From a virus (taxonomy: Duplodnaviria; Caudoviricetes), in the IMG/VR virus record IMGVR_UViG_3300029787_000063, positions 1 to 54,208 of that record: DNA of 54,208 bases; one strand, given 5' to 3'. Positions 6,872 to 16,041 of this stretch are shown in pieces (the first letter of the stretch is position 1; each line of letters starts with the position of its first letter). The notes under the pieces were generated by a model. The model made no database searches, was not told the DNA's origin, and worked only from the letters and a program-made list of their open reading frames with translations. A program made the position numbers and the translations under genes.

Positions 6872-9300
6872 TATGCTACTTCAACAAATGTATTATCTGG
6901 ATTAAACCAAACATTACCGTTAGACGCATGTGATACTTGATAACCTATAATACGAACGCAATCACCACTTGCAGATGGTGCTGTAGCTGTAGCATTTCCA
7001 GGTGTTCCAGCATTATCAGACTGAACATATAAAACATCTCCAATAGCACCTGGATCGTGATCTAAAGTAACCATACCTCTTAATAACATACCGTTTGTAT
7101 CTGATGCCGCTCCTAAAGCTACGGCTAGTAAGCCATCTGCTGTTGATACTGCATCTGCATTTGCTATTTCCCAAGTACCATCAGATTTATAATGATATAT
7201 TTTACCTACAGTCATAGACGTTGTACCACCAAAATAAACAACATCTCCATTGGCATCTCCATCTGTAGAGCTTGTTACAGCTAAAGTTCTAGTTGTACAA
7301 GCAATAGGGCCTGTAAAAGTTGCTAGCTTATCACTATCAAGTGTTAATACAGTCGATGTGCTTGCATTTCCATCAGTAGTACTAAATACTAATCTAGCTC
7401 CATTTTCACTAGCCGACCAAGCAGCTTCACAAAACGCTTCAATTTGAGCTCCAGTAGTTATCGTGTTACTTGCGTTCTCTGCTCCAGTAAACTTTATTAT
7501 TCCTAATCTATGGTCATTAGCCATAGCAGCGCCGTCGTCAGTACGTAGCTCAAGTTCAGCACCGTTAGTAGCGCTACTAGTATCAGTATCTTTACAAACT
7601 ACCCTTGCACCGTCGCCAGTAGTTTGTACTAAACCTTGAAATAAAGCACCGGTATCAAGAAGTCTTGCTATTTCTACTTCGTCAACTTTAAATAAATATC
7701 TACCGTCATGACTTGTGCTTGAAGTTGTATATGTATTAAATTCAGCATAGTCAATAGTTTGACCTCCACTATTGTAAACTGGTTGTATCACAAGCCTGTT
7801 TGTAGCAGAAGAACCTATGCTAAATGTAGGATTACCATTATTTACAGCATTATACATTGTTAGATCTCCAGCCGCTATATCTGTGGTAGCTCCAGCCGCG
7901 CCAAGCGAGGTTAAACCAGCTAGTGTTGTTATGTTTGGTTGAGTAGCTTGTGTTGTCGCTGTGTTTGGAGCTAAGCCAGCTATTGTTGCTACAGTTCCAG
8001 CCTCTCCAGTTGTATCTTGATTTAACGTAGGTATATTAGCGGCGTTTATAGTAGCTGTACCACTTATATCTGTGTCCCAACGATAATGCTCAGCCGCTAC
8101 AAAGTTATTTAAAGAATCATGGTCTATCTCTCCTGGAACAGCAACAGCTGTTATTGTAGTACCACTATTTGTTACACCAACACCACTCGAACCTAGTATA
8201 CTAAAATCAGCACTACCTCCTGTGTCTTCAGCTTTACTACCACCACCACTATCAGTTGTAATACTAACTCCAGTTATATCACCTGTATTTGTTGTATAAC
8301 CAGCACCATTAGTTATAGCATTATTATTTAAAGATATATCAGCTGATCCATCAAAAGCAACTCCTGCAATATTTCTTGCTGTTGTAAGTGTAGCTGCGCT
8401 TCCTGTTGTATCTTGATTAAGAGTTCCAACAGTAAAATCTAAAGTACCATCTGCATCTTGATAAGCTACTGTAATACCACTTTCAGTATTACTACTTACC
8501 ATAGCGCCTACTATATCTTGTACCTGTTCGTCGCTTAACTGTGTGTTAGTATCAGAAACAGTATTTGTAATTGTTACTGTTCCATCTGCTGTAGTTTCAC
8601 AAGTAATACCTGTTCCAGCAGCAAAAAATAAATCATCACCTTGTGTTATAGTAGTTGCATTAGTATCAGTAGTTGCAGATACTGTAAATCCACTTCCCAT
8701 TGTGTTAGTGTCAGTTACAGTTTCCGTTGCCGATGTTAAACCTGTAACATGGCCGTAAGTATCTAGCGTTATATCTTGTATATATGTTCTACCAGAATTA
8801 TTAACACTAGCTTGAGACGATGTGTCATCATGATTAATAGTAACTGTATCTGTTGCTCCAACCGCAGTAGTTATAGCGTTACCACCAGCTATGTCTAAGG
8901 TATTACCATGAGCTATAGTTTGGTTGCTACCACCATCACCAGTTAACGTAAAAGTTGTTAATTGATTTGTATTAGTATCAGAGACTGTATTAGTAAATGT
9001 TATTTTATCACTTGATCTAGCTATACTTAGTCCTGTTCCTGCTTCTAAAACTACATCATCTGTAGATGAATCACTACCTGTTAATCTAATTTTTTCTTCA
9101 TCACTATTATCTCCGTCTACACAAGAAACGCTATACGTAGTGTTTGCATCTGCTGCAATACTAGCTTTTACAATTTTATTATTTGAATCTAATCCTAAAT
9201 TACTACCACTAGCTATAGTACCAGAGTCAACATCTTCTAAGTATACGTCGTTACGAAATCTAGCTATAAAGTCTTGTATAAATTGACCTAGAAACTTCAT
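6871..9300 (-). CDS. tail fibre protein
   Basis: 809 aa, T/G/S/D/A-rich, with fibre-type motifs (LDTYGHVTG, AATLTTARNIAGVAFDGSADI) and internal repeats (TNTVSDTNT x2, TLNQDTTG x2). Confidence 0.8.
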   Translation of the reverse strand: MKFLGQFIQDFIARFRNDVYLEDVDSGTIASGSNLGLDSNNKIVKASIAADANTTYSVSCVDGDNSDEEKIRLTGSDSSTDDVVLEAGTGLSIARSSDKITFTNTVSDTNTNQLTTFTLTGDGGSNQTIAHGNTLDIAGGNAITTAVGATDTVTINHDDTSSQASVNNSGRTYIQDITLDTYGHVTGLTSATETVTDTNTMGSGFTVSATTDTNATTITQGDDLFFAAGTGITCETTADGTVTITNTVSDTNTQLSDEQVQDIVGAMVSSNTESGITVAYQDADGTLDFTVGTLNQDTTGSAATLTTARNIAGVAFDGSADISLNNNAITNGAGYTTNTGDITGVSITTDSGGGSKAEDTGGSADFSILGSSGVGVTNSGTTITAVAVPGEIDHDSLNNFVAAEHYRWDTDISGTATINAANIPTLNQDTTGEAGTVATIAGLAPNTATTQATQPNITTLAGLTSLGAAGATTDIAAGDLTMYNAVNNGNPTFSIGSSATNRLVIQPVYNSGGQTIDYAEFNTYTTSSTSHDGRYLFKVDEVEIARLLDTGALFQGLVQTTGDGARVVCKDTDTSSATNGAELELRTDDGAAMANDHRLGIIKFTGAENASNTITTGAQIEAFCEAAWSASENGARLVFSTTDGNASTSTVLTLDSDKLATFTGPIACTTRTLAVTSSTDGDANGDVVYFGGTTSMTVGKIYHYKSDGTWEIANADAVSTADGLLAVALGAASDTNGMLLRGMVTLDHDPGAIGDVLYVQSDNAGTPGNATATAPSASGDCVRIIGYQVSHASNGNVWFNPDNTFVEVA

Positions 9301-9908
9301 TATAAAATAAATGTAAATGTTAATTTACCACTAGCGTTTCCAGACGTGGCATGTAAAGTGTATGTGTTTAAATCAAATGCTATTTCGTCTCTATCTAGTA
9401 TTAAAGAAACATTAGCAGGAATACTAATAGCATTAAAAAGATGTGTATACGCTGACCCATTATGTAGCTCAAGAGTACATGTAACATCACTTGTATGAGT
9501 ATTTGCTATAAAAAGCTTACTATAATTTCTAGCTAATGGATCTATTTGAGTTCTTGAGTTACCAGTTAAAGACTGTACTAAAGTTTCGTTTGCTACTAAA
9601 CTAACAGAAGTTATGTTACTATCAATCTTTTCACTATTATCTATATCAGCTATAGTTATTATTGATTGTGTAGATTTAACTATAGCGTTGCTTATAGCTC
9701 TTAAAATACTATTGTGCTTACCGCTTGTTATACCTAAATCAATTATTTCTCTACCATTAGATGTTTCAAAAAAAACAGATATAGTTGTAGCATTTTTAGC
9801 TTTTGCGCCTCTAAAGTCTTTTACATTATACATAGCAATTTCACTGCTGTTCACGTTTGATGCGTCAGCAGTAGCACCACCTGTAGTAAATAAAAGAAGC
9901 TTTTCCAT
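9300..9908 (-). CDS. putative structural protein; N-terminal half paralogous to 53007..53336
   Basis: 202-aa ORF coupled to the fibre gene; aligned by eye with 53007..53336. Confidence 0.65.
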   Translation of the reverse strand: MEKLLLFTTGGATADASNVNSSEIAMYNVKDFRGAKAKNATTISVFFETSNGREIIDLGITSGKHNSILRAISNAIVKSTQSIITIADIDNSEKIDSNITSVSLVANETLVQSLTGNSRTQIDPLARNYSKLFIANTHTSDVTCTLELHNGSAYTHLFNAISIPANVSLILDRDEIAFDLNTYTLHATSGNASGKLTFTFIL

Positions 9909-9929
9909 TATAGTATTAATTTGTTTTTT

Positions 9930-10172
9930 TTATACTTTCTTTTTAGTAGAATCATAAATACCCTTAACAAGTTTAATTGTTTTCTTTGCTTTACCAAAAG
10001 GTAATATTTCGCTAACAGCTCCTTTAATAGTTTTAAACTTATCTACATATTTTTTAGTTACACCTTCCATAAAAGTACCTTTACCAGTATAAGGTTTGTA
10101 ATTTGAAAAATTATATTGTTTTTTCATTGGTGAATTTCCAAATCCCGAAAATCCTTTCATTTTATAACTCAT
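9930..10172 (-). CDS. small basic protein with N-terminal YKMKGFSGFGNSPMKK motif
   Basis: Lys-rich 80 aa; motif shared with 17063..17302. Confidence 0.7.
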   Translation of the reverse strand: MSYKMKGFSGFGNSPMKKQYNFSNYKPYTGKGTFMEGVTKKYVDKFKTIKGAVSEILPFGKAKKTIKLVKGIYDSTKKKV

Positions 10173-10624
10173 ATTACTTTGTATTTAGTTTTATTATTTT
10201 CTTTATATGCTTTTAAGCATCTATTTCTATTTTTATCAGGTGATACATAACTAACGTGTACCCAGTCAGGATTATCATTATTACCAAATTCCCATATCAT
10301 TTGATCAAAGTCTAAGTTTTCTTTTACCCACCAATACATTTCAGCGTTTGTAGCTTTACCATATGTATCGTCTATATCAATAGCTTGACCTTTACAATGT
10401 TGTGATTTAGTAGACCCGCCAATAGCTTTATTTAAATCAGGTGATCTAAAAAAGCTATTAACTTTTATTGGTCCATTTATAAATACTCTAAGCGGTTCGA
10501 ACACGTTGTTGGCAACAAGCTTCATATTCGCTAACTGCTCTTCGTTGGGTTCGTTATCTATACCTTTACGTATAGCTGTTATACTGTGTACACCTTCTTT
10601 ATAAGAAATATGTTTGCTTATCAT
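10169..10624 (-). CDS. endolysin, peptidase M15 family (Zn-dependent)
   Basis: NSFFRSPDLNKAIGG, SQHCKGQAIDI and WVHVSY Zn-binding motifs. Confidence 0.9.
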   Translation of the reverse strand: MISKHISYKEGVHSITAIRKGIDNEPNEEQLANMKLVANNVFEPLRVFINGPIKVNSFFRSPDLNKAIGGSTKSQHCKGQAIDIDDTYGKATNAEMYWWVKENLDFDQMIWEFGNNDNPDWVHVSYVSPDKNRNRCLKAYKENNKTKYKVI

Positions 10625-10625
10625 T

Positions 10626-11060
10626 TTATCCCTTAGCTGCTACTATACCGTCAGCAAATACTATGTACTCTAAAGTTTGAGTTTCTGTTGTACTAGAAGC
10701 TACAGTAATGTTAACATTTCCATCGTAAGGAAATAACATCCAATCACCTCCGTATAATTTACCTATAACTTCTGCTGTTCCAGCTGCAGCTGCACTAGCA
10801 TTATAAGCTACATAAAAGAAATATTCTTTATTAGAACTAGTATTTCTAATATATACTTTGTGTGCTTTATCATCTGTAAGTTCATCGTGTTCAACTATTA
10901 CAGCGTCTGTTGTACTAGTAAATTTTTTAGTTCTTAAACCTGTAGTTTCATCTAGTCCAGTACATAAACCAGCTTTCATCATGGTCATTGAACTATTAAT
11001 ATTAACAGGATAACTTGATATATCACTATTTATACTAACCGTTGCGTTTATTGTTGCCAT
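10626..11060 (-). CDS. putative virion protein, paralog 1 of a tandem trio
   Basis: MATINATVSINSD...VYIRN...GKLYGGDWMLFPY...LEY. Confidence 0.7.
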   Translation of the reverse strand: MATINATVSINSDISSYPVNINSSMTMMKAGLCTGLDETTGLRTKKFTSTTDAVIVEHDELTDDKAHKVYIRNTSSNKEYFFYVAYNASAAAAGTAEVIGKLYGGDWMLFPYDGNVNITVASSTTETQTLEYIVFADGIVAAKG

Positions 11061-11088
11061 ATTTATTTATTTATTTATTTGTTAATTA

Positions 11089-11526
11089 TTAAGAAGCAGC
11101 TGTTGGTAAAACAAGATCACTAGCAAAAAAAGCGTACTCAATAGTTTGAGTTCCATTTTGTGCTTCTATTTCTATTTCCGCATCATCATCAGATGCGTTC
11201 CAAGGAATAAACATCCAGTCTCCCGCATATAATCTACCTATCATTGTTTCGTGTATACCCCAGTCTATGTAATAAGTATCATCAGTAGCCTTATTACATA
11301 TATATACCCAACTAGCTACATCATGAACACTGCCTGATGTTTCTGTTGCTAGTGGTCCTAATCTAAATTCAGTTCCTGTTGCTATTGACTCATAACCTGT
11401 TCTAAGCTGAGTTAAACCTGTAGTTAAACCTGCTTTCATAAGTGTTGAGCTTGCATTTACAGATAAGTTACTTCCAGGTATTAGGTCTCCACTAGAAATA
11501 CTTATTGTTGCTGTTGTTGTTGCCAT
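11089..11526 (-). CDS. putative virion protein, paralog 2 of a tandem trio
   Basis: MATTTATISISSGD...VYICN...GRLYAGDWMFIPW...IEY. Confidence 0.7.
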   Translation of the reverse strand: MATTTATISISSGDLIPGSNLSVNASSTLMKAGLTTGLTQLRTGYESIATGTEFRLGPLATETSGSVHDVASWVYICNKATDDTYYIDWGIHETMIGRLYAGDWMFIPWNASDDDAEIEIEAQNGTQTIEYAFFASDLVLPTAAS

Positions 11527-11557
11527 GTTAATTTATTTATTTATTATTGTTATTAAT

Positions 11558-11920
11558 TTATCCTTTTTTGAAAAAAGCGTACTCTAACTCTATGCTAGCA
11601 GTATCAGCTCTAGCTTCTAATCCATTACCATCATTAACAGGAAAGAAACAAAACTCACCAGGACTTAGCCTAGCATATTGTTCACTAGCTGTAGTTTGAA
11701 GTATAACGAAGTTGCTTGAGTCATTATTTTTTGCATAAAAATAAAACACACCACTAACACCATCGTCTACTAATTCTTGATTATCAGCTGTTGTTATTGT
11801 TTGTTTAGTTAATCCTTGTGACGGAGTACCTGTTGTTAAAGCTTTTGATGCTGAAAAATTTAATACATCACTAAATGTATTTACATCATTTAAAGTTAAA
11901 GTTACTGTTAATGTTCCCAT
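11558..11920 (-). CDS. putative virion protein, paralog 3 of a tandem trio
   Basis: MGTLTVTLTLND...FYAKN...ARLSPGEFCFFPV...LEY. Confidence 0.7.
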   Translation of the reverse strand: MGTLTVTLTLNDVNTFSDVLNFSASKALTTGTPSQGLTKQTITTADNQELVDDGVSGVFYFYAKNNDSSNFVILQTTASEQYARLSPGEFCFFPVNDGNGLEARADTASIELEYAFFKKG

Positions 11921-11921
11921 A

Positions 11922-14513
11922 TTATTTATTTATTAATTTTTCTACAGTACCATCATCGTATATGTAGAATAAAAGTTTATTTTTATTTATTATTGCAGGT
12001 CTACCTAATAGATCTGTTATCATTAGTAGTTTTTTATTACCTCTTTTTAATAGTGGTCCTGTCCAACCATCTGCACAATGATTATACGTAGCTTGACATA
12101 TTGTGTCCCACTCGTTTTCACAACAGTAATCATCTACACTTAGCACCCAAGAGTAACACTCATCGTTTAACCAATAAGGATTACCAGGTCCTGTTATACA
12201 ACTCGCTGCATATAAGCAGGAAGCTGAATCATTAACGTTTGCGGTAATATCATAATTGTACGCGCCGTTATCCATACACCCATAAACAACTTCAATACAC
12301 GAACCATTGTCAGTATTAGCCAACGAATCATAGTTAAGAGCAGTGCTATCCATGCAACCATAAATATAATCAATACAGCTAAAATCTTCTGTGTTTGCTT
12401 CCGGGTTATAGTTAAGCATACTAGGGTCAGTACACCCGTAAATATAAGGCACGCAAGAATTATTGTCTGCATTTGCTAGTGGATTAAAGTTAAACATCGT
12501 TGAGTCTGTACAGCCGAATACGTAAGGTATACAACTACCATCATCAGCATTAGCTAACGGGTTATAGTTAAACATTGTCGGGTCAGTACATCCATACAAA
12601 AATGCTATACACGTATCTACTGTATTAGCATTAGGGTTGTAATTATAAGCAAGTGGCTGCATACACCCGTATATAACCGGTATACATCCACCGTTATCAA
12701 CATTAGCCGTGGTATCATAATTAAACGCAGTAGAATCCATGCAACCAAATATAGCTATATCAACACAACTTCCATCATCAATACCAGCGACATATCCTTG
12801 GGTATAATATTGTAGATAACCTGGATTGGTACAACCAGGACTGTAATAACAAGTATCATTAGTATTTGCTAAAGCATTATAATTATAAGCTAGAGTGTCC
12901 ATGCAGCCTAAAACTACAGGTATACATTCAACACCACAATAAGGTTGAGCTTCGTAAATATCTAATGCGCTTCTATAATTTCTTAATTTATTTTCATTAG
13001 GACCAGGCCAAGGATTATTACCCTCATATATTATAGTTCCATAACTATTTTCTACTTTAAAAGAATTTTGTATTGTTTGTATATCTAGTTGTTGTGTATT
13101 CTGTTGAGGTGTAGGTATTTCAAAGTAGTAAAAATAAACCTCATCATTAGAATTAAGAGTTAATTCAAATGTATCAGAATAAATACCATTATCTAGTATT
13201 TTAAATTGCCATAAAGAATCTCCTTGCTCAACGCCTAACCAGCAAGCACCCCATGAATCACCACCATCATCAAATAATATTAAATCATAAGTACAAGGTG
13301 AAGTTCTTAACATACGATCTGCATTAGGATCATAATTAAAAGCAGCAGGATCAGTACAGCCATAAGTAGCAAATGTCATACAACTTCCATCATCAACCGT
13401 AGCTAAAGAATCATATTCTATATAAGCTGGAGTTGTACATCCATATATTATAGTATCATTATTACATTGATCAGATATATAAGGATTAGACGATGCTGTA
13501 TAACCAAAGTTAGGTGGACTTAATAAAAATACAGTATCTTCACAATCTACATTTGTAACTAAACATCCACCAACAACTGATCCACCACCAATACCATCAC
13601 CGTATGTATCGTCAATAGTAAATACTAATGTGTCTCCAATTGGAGCACAAACTTGAGTATGTATTGTTTGTCCTGTTTGTGTGTAGTTATAAGTACCACT
13701 AGGCACAGAATATATAACATTACCGTTAGCTGTTATTTGCCAAGATGTTTCACTTGGCCAGTTGTCTAGTTTTATAGCTACATCAAGTAATGTTTCTATA
13801 GAATCATTACAAGCAACATCCATTATACAAGAACCATCATCAACATTTGCCCAAGGATTATAGTTTGTAGCACTAGGATCAATACAGCCAAAATAATATA
13901 TACAAGTCCCATTATTATGCGTAGCTGCTGGATCATAATTAGAAGATACCGAGTCAGTACATCCGTATATAACTGTATATGGATCACTAATCATTATATC
14001 ATCTATAGATATATCACTAGTATAACTAGGACCTGTAATAGCTTTAAACTTTATTTTAAAAGAAGTCGTAGACATTATTGGATAATAAGCTAGCTTCCAA
14101 TGATTACCTTGATCTCCGGATATAGTATCTAATGCTGTATACCCATTGTTATCTAACACGCCTATTTCTAAATTACCCATTGCAGCACCATACATGTGGT
14201 ACCAAAATGATAATACTTTACCAGGTGTTTGTGACACATCAAATGTAGGCGTATATATTGTAAAAACTTTACCACCATAGTTTTGTCCAGATGACTCTAC
14301 ATAAAAATAAATACCATTACCCGTAGTATGATCTCCATTAGGACCAGTTGCTATTGAACTAGTTGGTCCTTGCGCTAACCACCAATCTCCAAAGTCATTT
14401 GTATCTTGCTCTAGCTCTACAAAATTTTCAAAGTCGTGAATCCAAGGAAAAGTATTAACTTGTCCTAAGCTTAATAATGGTAGTAAAAATAATATTAATA
14501 TAAATTTTTTCAT
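11922..14513 (-). CDS. secreted MAM-domain protein with 13 Cys-containing GCxD repeats and a T9SS-like C-terminal sorting domain
   Basis: Signal peptide MKKFILILFLLPLLSLG|Q. MAM motifs TGPNGDHT, YFYVESS, LSFWYHMYG and DISIDDI. GC(T/M)D-x-A-x-NY-x-P-x-AN-x-DDGSC repeats. Tail KKLLMITDLLGR...FYIYDDGTVEKLINK. Start 14513 gives an ATGA overlap. Confidence 0.85.
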   Translation of the reverse strand: MKKFILILFLLPLLSLGQVNTFPWIHDFENFVELEQDTNDFGDWWLAQGPTSSIATGPNGDHTTGNGIYFYVESSGQNYGGKVFTIYTPTFDVSQTPGKVLSFWYHMYGAAMGNLEIGVLDNNGYTALDTISGDQGNHWKLAYYPIMSTTSFKIKFKAITGPSYTSDISIDDIMISDPYTVIYGCTDSVSSNYDPAATHNNGTCIYYFGCIDPSATNYNPWANVDDGSCIMDVACNDSIETLLDVAIKLDNWPSETSWQITANGNVIYSVPSGTYNYTQTGQTIHTQVCAPIGDTLVFTIDDTYGDGIGGGSVVGGCLVTNVDCEDTVFLLSPPNFGYTASSNPYISDQCNNDTIIYGCTTPAYIEYDSLATVDDGSCMTFATYGCTDPAAFNYDPNADRMLRTSPCTYDLILFDDGGDSWGACWLGVEQGDSLWQFKILDNGIYSDTFELTLNSNDEVYFYYFEIPTPQQNTQQLDIQTIQNSFKVENSYGTIIYEGNNPWPGPNENKLRNYRSALDIYEAQPYCGVECIPVVLGCMDTLAYNYNALANTNDTCYYSPGCTNPGYLQYYTQGYVAGIDDGSCVDIAIFGCMDSTAFNYDTTANVDNGGCIPVIYGCMQPLAYNYNPNANTVDTCIAFLYGCTDPTMFNYNPLANADDGSCIPYVFGCTDSTMFNFNPLANADNNSCVPYIYGCTDPSMLNYNPEANTEDFSCIDYIYGCMDSTALNYDSLANTDNGSCIEVVYGCMDNGAYNYDITANVNDSASCLYAASCITGPGNPYWLNDECYSWVLSVDDYCCENEWDTICQATYNHCADGWTGPLLKRGNKKLLMITDLLGRPAIINKNKLLFYIYDDGTVEKLINK
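12208..12913 (-). repeat. tandem array of nine ~26-aa GCxDxxAxNYxxxANxDDGSC coding repeats
   Basis: Read from the translation; four more copies lie further toward the N-terminus. Confidence 0.9.
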
Positions 14514-14884
14514 GCTTCTCCACATTTTTTTGAAGGATTACCTACTTGTCTCCAGTCTTGTTTAACCCAAGTTTTTAAGCTACCACCACTACTAGTACCT
14601 GTAACATTACTTTTACTAGATCTTTTATATTTACCAGCTTTACCAGCAGCACGCTTAGCTCTTATAACTTTTTGTCTTTCAGCTTGACTCATACTAGCTA
14701 TTTTAGCTTTAGGCAGACATACTTTTTTAGTGCCTCCGCCTTTAGCTTTTGTTGGTTTAACTTTTGTTGGAGAAGATTTACGGCAACTACCTTTAGCTCC
14801 TTTAGCTGTACCAGGAACTCGCTCGTAACCTTTCCAACAAGGTAATGGGCTATTTTTAGCAAACTTAGACTTAATATCGTACAC
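14510..14884 (-). CDS. small basic protein (CWKGY motif)
   Basis: K/R/G/S-rich 124 aa; PCWKGYERVPG and LKTWVKQDW motifs. Confidence 0.75.
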   Translation of the reverse strand: MYDIKSKFAKNSPLPCWKGYERVPGTAKGAKGSCRKSSPTKVKPTKAKGGGTKKVCLPKAKIASMSQAERQKVIRAKRAAGKAGKYKRSSKSNVTGTSSGGSLKTWVKQDWRQVGNPSKKCGEA

Positions 14885-14887
14885 TAC

Positions 14888-15277
14888 TTATTTCTTTTTA
14901 GTTTTTGCTTTATACTTTTTCAACATTTCTGCTTTCTGTTTAGCGGTTAATGTCTTAGCAGCAAACTTTTTATTAGCTGTTTTTGGGTTTTCTAATTTTA
15001 GTTTCATAGATGAAGCTTTTTTCATAGTAGCCATAGACTTTTTAAGCATAGCCATAGACTTTTTAAGTTTCATAGCAGACTCTTTTTTAAGCTTCATAGC
15101 AGCTTTTTTCATAGTTGCAGCTGAGTCTTTCATTTTTTTCATTTTCATAGCTGAAGCTTTTTTCATAGCGGCAGGTGATTTATCAACAGCTGCTTTAAAC
15201 TTAGGGTTATTATCTAATTTTCCAGCTGCAGAAGCTGCTTTTAAACCTTTGTTAAATTTAGTTGGTGCTTTTTTCAT
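14888..15277 (-). CDS. Lys/Ala/Met-rich histone H1-like repeat protein
   Basis: Heptad-like repeats SAMKMKK / AAMKLKK / SMAMLKK / SMATMKK. Confidence 0.75.
   Translation of the reverse strand: MKKAPTKFNKGLKAASAAGKLDNNPKFKAAVDKSPAAMKKASAMKMKKMKDSAATMKKAAMKLKKESAMKLKKSMAMLKKSMATMKKASSMKLKLENPKTANKKFAAKTLTAKQKAEMLKKYKAKTKKK
15000..15172 (-). repeat. degenerate 21-24 bp tandem coding repeats
   Basis: The exact 19-mer TAGCCATAGACTTTTTAAG occurs at 15028-15046 and 15049-15067, with degenerate flanking copies. Confidence 0.85.
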
Positions 15278-15278
15278 T

Positions 15279-15821
15279 TTAAATTTTGTTTTTTATATGT
15301 TTATACATTGAGTTACCTAGTTTCTCGCCCATTTTACTATCAGACTTATAGTGAGCTCGGGCAACTCTACGACTATAAGATATGTTTTCACCTGTTTTAG
15401 TAAAAGCTGATTTAGCTTTAGGATGTTTATCACCTAAAACTTTAGCTATTAATATACCTTGAACAGAGTGTCCTGATGGATATGATGGTGTCTTCATTGA
15501 AGACATTTCATAATCCTTCATTTTTATATTCATTTTTTTAGCTAATACTTTTGGTCTTGGCCTATTAAAATGTTTTTTTAATTCTAATATTATTGGTGCA
15601 GACTCTTTTATAAGTTTAGCAGGTATTGTTTTATCGTAATCTTTTATATTGTTATCTTTAGCTGTCTTAGCAAAAGCAGATTCAATATTATCAAATTTTT
15701 TTACAAACTCTTTTTTTAAAGGTATTTTAGATAAAGCTTTAACTTCTTGCGAGGTGTCAAATGTATTATCACCTGGTGGCTTCATTTTTTTAAAACTTGA
15801 TATGTTAAAATCTTTTAACAC
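15279..15821 (-). CDS. PAP2 superfamily (acid phosphatase/vanadium haloperoxidase-like) soluble protein
   Basis: All three motifs present: KKHFNRPRP, SYPSGH and SRRVARAHYKSD. Confidence 0.9.
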   Translation of the reverse strand: MLKDFNISSFKKMKPPGDNTFDTSQEVKALSKIPLKKEFVKKFDNIESAFAKTAKDNNIKDYDKTIPAKLIKESAPIILELKKHFNRPRPKVLAKKMNIKMKDYEMSSMKTPSYPSGHSVQGILIAKVLGDKHPKAKSAFTKTGENISYSRRVARAHYKSDSKMGEKLGNSMYKHIKNKI

Positions 15822-16030
15822 TTTCCTGCTTTTTGTGTTTTAGAAGCCCACATATTTGCGTATGCAGACGGATAAACCTTAAACTTTCTTTTTGCAGCAG
15901 CTTTACAGCTAGCACTAAGCTTAGCTAAAGCAGGGCTTGTTTTTTTTAACATTTTATTTGGATTACCCTTACCGCCGTCAGCTTTACTAGCATGTACAGC
16001 TTTTCTTTGTGCGTCACTTTTATATCCCAT
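15815..16030 (-). CDS. small basic protein (KFKVYPSAYAN motif)
   Basis: 71 aa, Lys/Ala-rich, tightly packed with its neighbours. Confidence 0.7.
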   Translation of the reverse strand: MGYKSDAQRKAVHASKADGGKGNPNKMLKKTSPALAKLSASCKAAAKRKFKVYPSAYANMWASKTQKAGKC

Positions 16031-16041
16031 AATTATTTATT

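Noticed and set aside
11061-11080. (ATTT)5 microsatellite as a phase-variation tract
   Set aside because: Similar TAAA-rich leaders precede neighbouring genes (e.g. 11531-11545), so it is better explained as an A-rich translation initiation region.
12208-12913. Periodic ~78-bp repeats as a CRISPR array or DGR template/variable repeat
   Set aside because: The repeats are in-frame and degenerate at synonymous sites with no unique spacers. No cas or reverse transcriptase gene is present.
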